This document shows positions 63,401 to 64,000 of a DNA stretch of 64,000 bases, in pieces. Source of the DNA: Neocallimastix sp. 'constans' (lineage: Eukaryota). How positions within the stretch are numbered: position 1 is the stretch's first letter; every line of letters begins with the position of its first letter. The notes under the pieces are model-generated. The model was not told the origin of the DNA. It worked only from the letters and a program-made list of their open reading frames with translations, and did not search any database. The position numbers were made by a program, and so were the translations under genes. The stretch lies in the NCBI GenBank assembly GCA_050613775.1, contig JBODTK010000157.1, positions 124,001 through 188,000 on the forward strand, written 5' to 3'.

Positions 63401-63457
63401 TAAAACTGGAAGAAGCATACATGAAAGAATACAAATAGCCTTTAAAAATCTATTCAT
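60409..63457 (-). CDS. CNE1: Calnexin (~9 exons)
   Basis: Signal peptide [65 protein letters not shown]-domain repeats ([43 protein letters not shown]); [10 protein letters not shown]; one TM helix; acidic tail ending KKDE (KKXX). Confidence 0.97.
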
Positions 63458-64000
63458 TTTAACTTTTTTTTATATATATTTTACTTCTTTTTAATGTTTA
63501 TAATTAATTTTTATTATTTTTATATTATATAAAAATTTATATATAACATATAAAAATAAAACAAAAAAAAAAAAAAAAATTAGTATATTTATTACATAGA
63601 AAATAAGTATTTTGATCAAATAAAATATTCATATTTTATATATATGAATATCCATAAAATAATGAATGGTATTTTTAAAGTTTCTTTTCTATATTCTGTT
63701 TTATTTATGTAACATCTATAAAATAAATAAAATCGCATATATTCACGACGTATAAATCTCTCTATATATACTACATATATATATCCTGTGAAATTAAAAA
63801 TAAATTTTGTTCTTAGATAGCAATACTTTTACTTTTCATACTTGCCATTATTAAAATTACAATACGATTTAGACAAAAAAAATAACATCAAGTATATATT
63901 AATTTATTTGTTTATTTATTTATTAATTTACTTTATTATTCTTTAATTTTCTCTTGTATAATAGAATATTTATTTATTTATTTATTTAATATTTATTTAC

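Noticed and set aside
63740..63756. CACGACGT upstream of calnexin as an unfolded-protein-response element
   Set aside because: Only the ACGT core matches; too weak without conservation data.

Overview
Extremely AT-rich, intron-containing eukaryotic DNA with poly-A/T and (TA)n-filled introns. The composition and the CBM18 proteins fit an anaerobic gut fungus (Neocallimastigomycota); this is an inference. The first ~27 kb is a retroelement nest: the 5' part of a Ty3/Gypsy element (gag plus -1 frameshifted pol), an intact Ty1/Copia element with identical LTRs and a 5-bp TSD, and at least 8 degenerate or nested LINE pieces. These surround a truncated small membrane-protein gene and a multi-exon M13 (neprilysin-like) peptidase. 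Next come an intronless secreted CBM18 + mucin-repeat + choice-of-anchor-A-like protein, a near gene-free ~18 kb tract (CBM18 pseudogene, one 150-aa LIR-motif ORF), a PMP22/Mpv17-like gene with a large insertion, a calcyphosin-like EF-hand gene, and calnexin. Best leads: (i) the Copia primer-binding site matches the anticodon arm of tRNA-Lys(CUU), i.e. half-tRNA priming, and its LTRs end TG..TA; (ii) a UUUAAAU slippery site plus H-type pseudoknot at the Gypsy gag-pol junction; (iii) a GC-rich, possibly structured motif shared at the ORF2 3' end of five LINE copies; (iv) a TP53INP/DOR-like small protein. All calls are by eye; no database searches were run.
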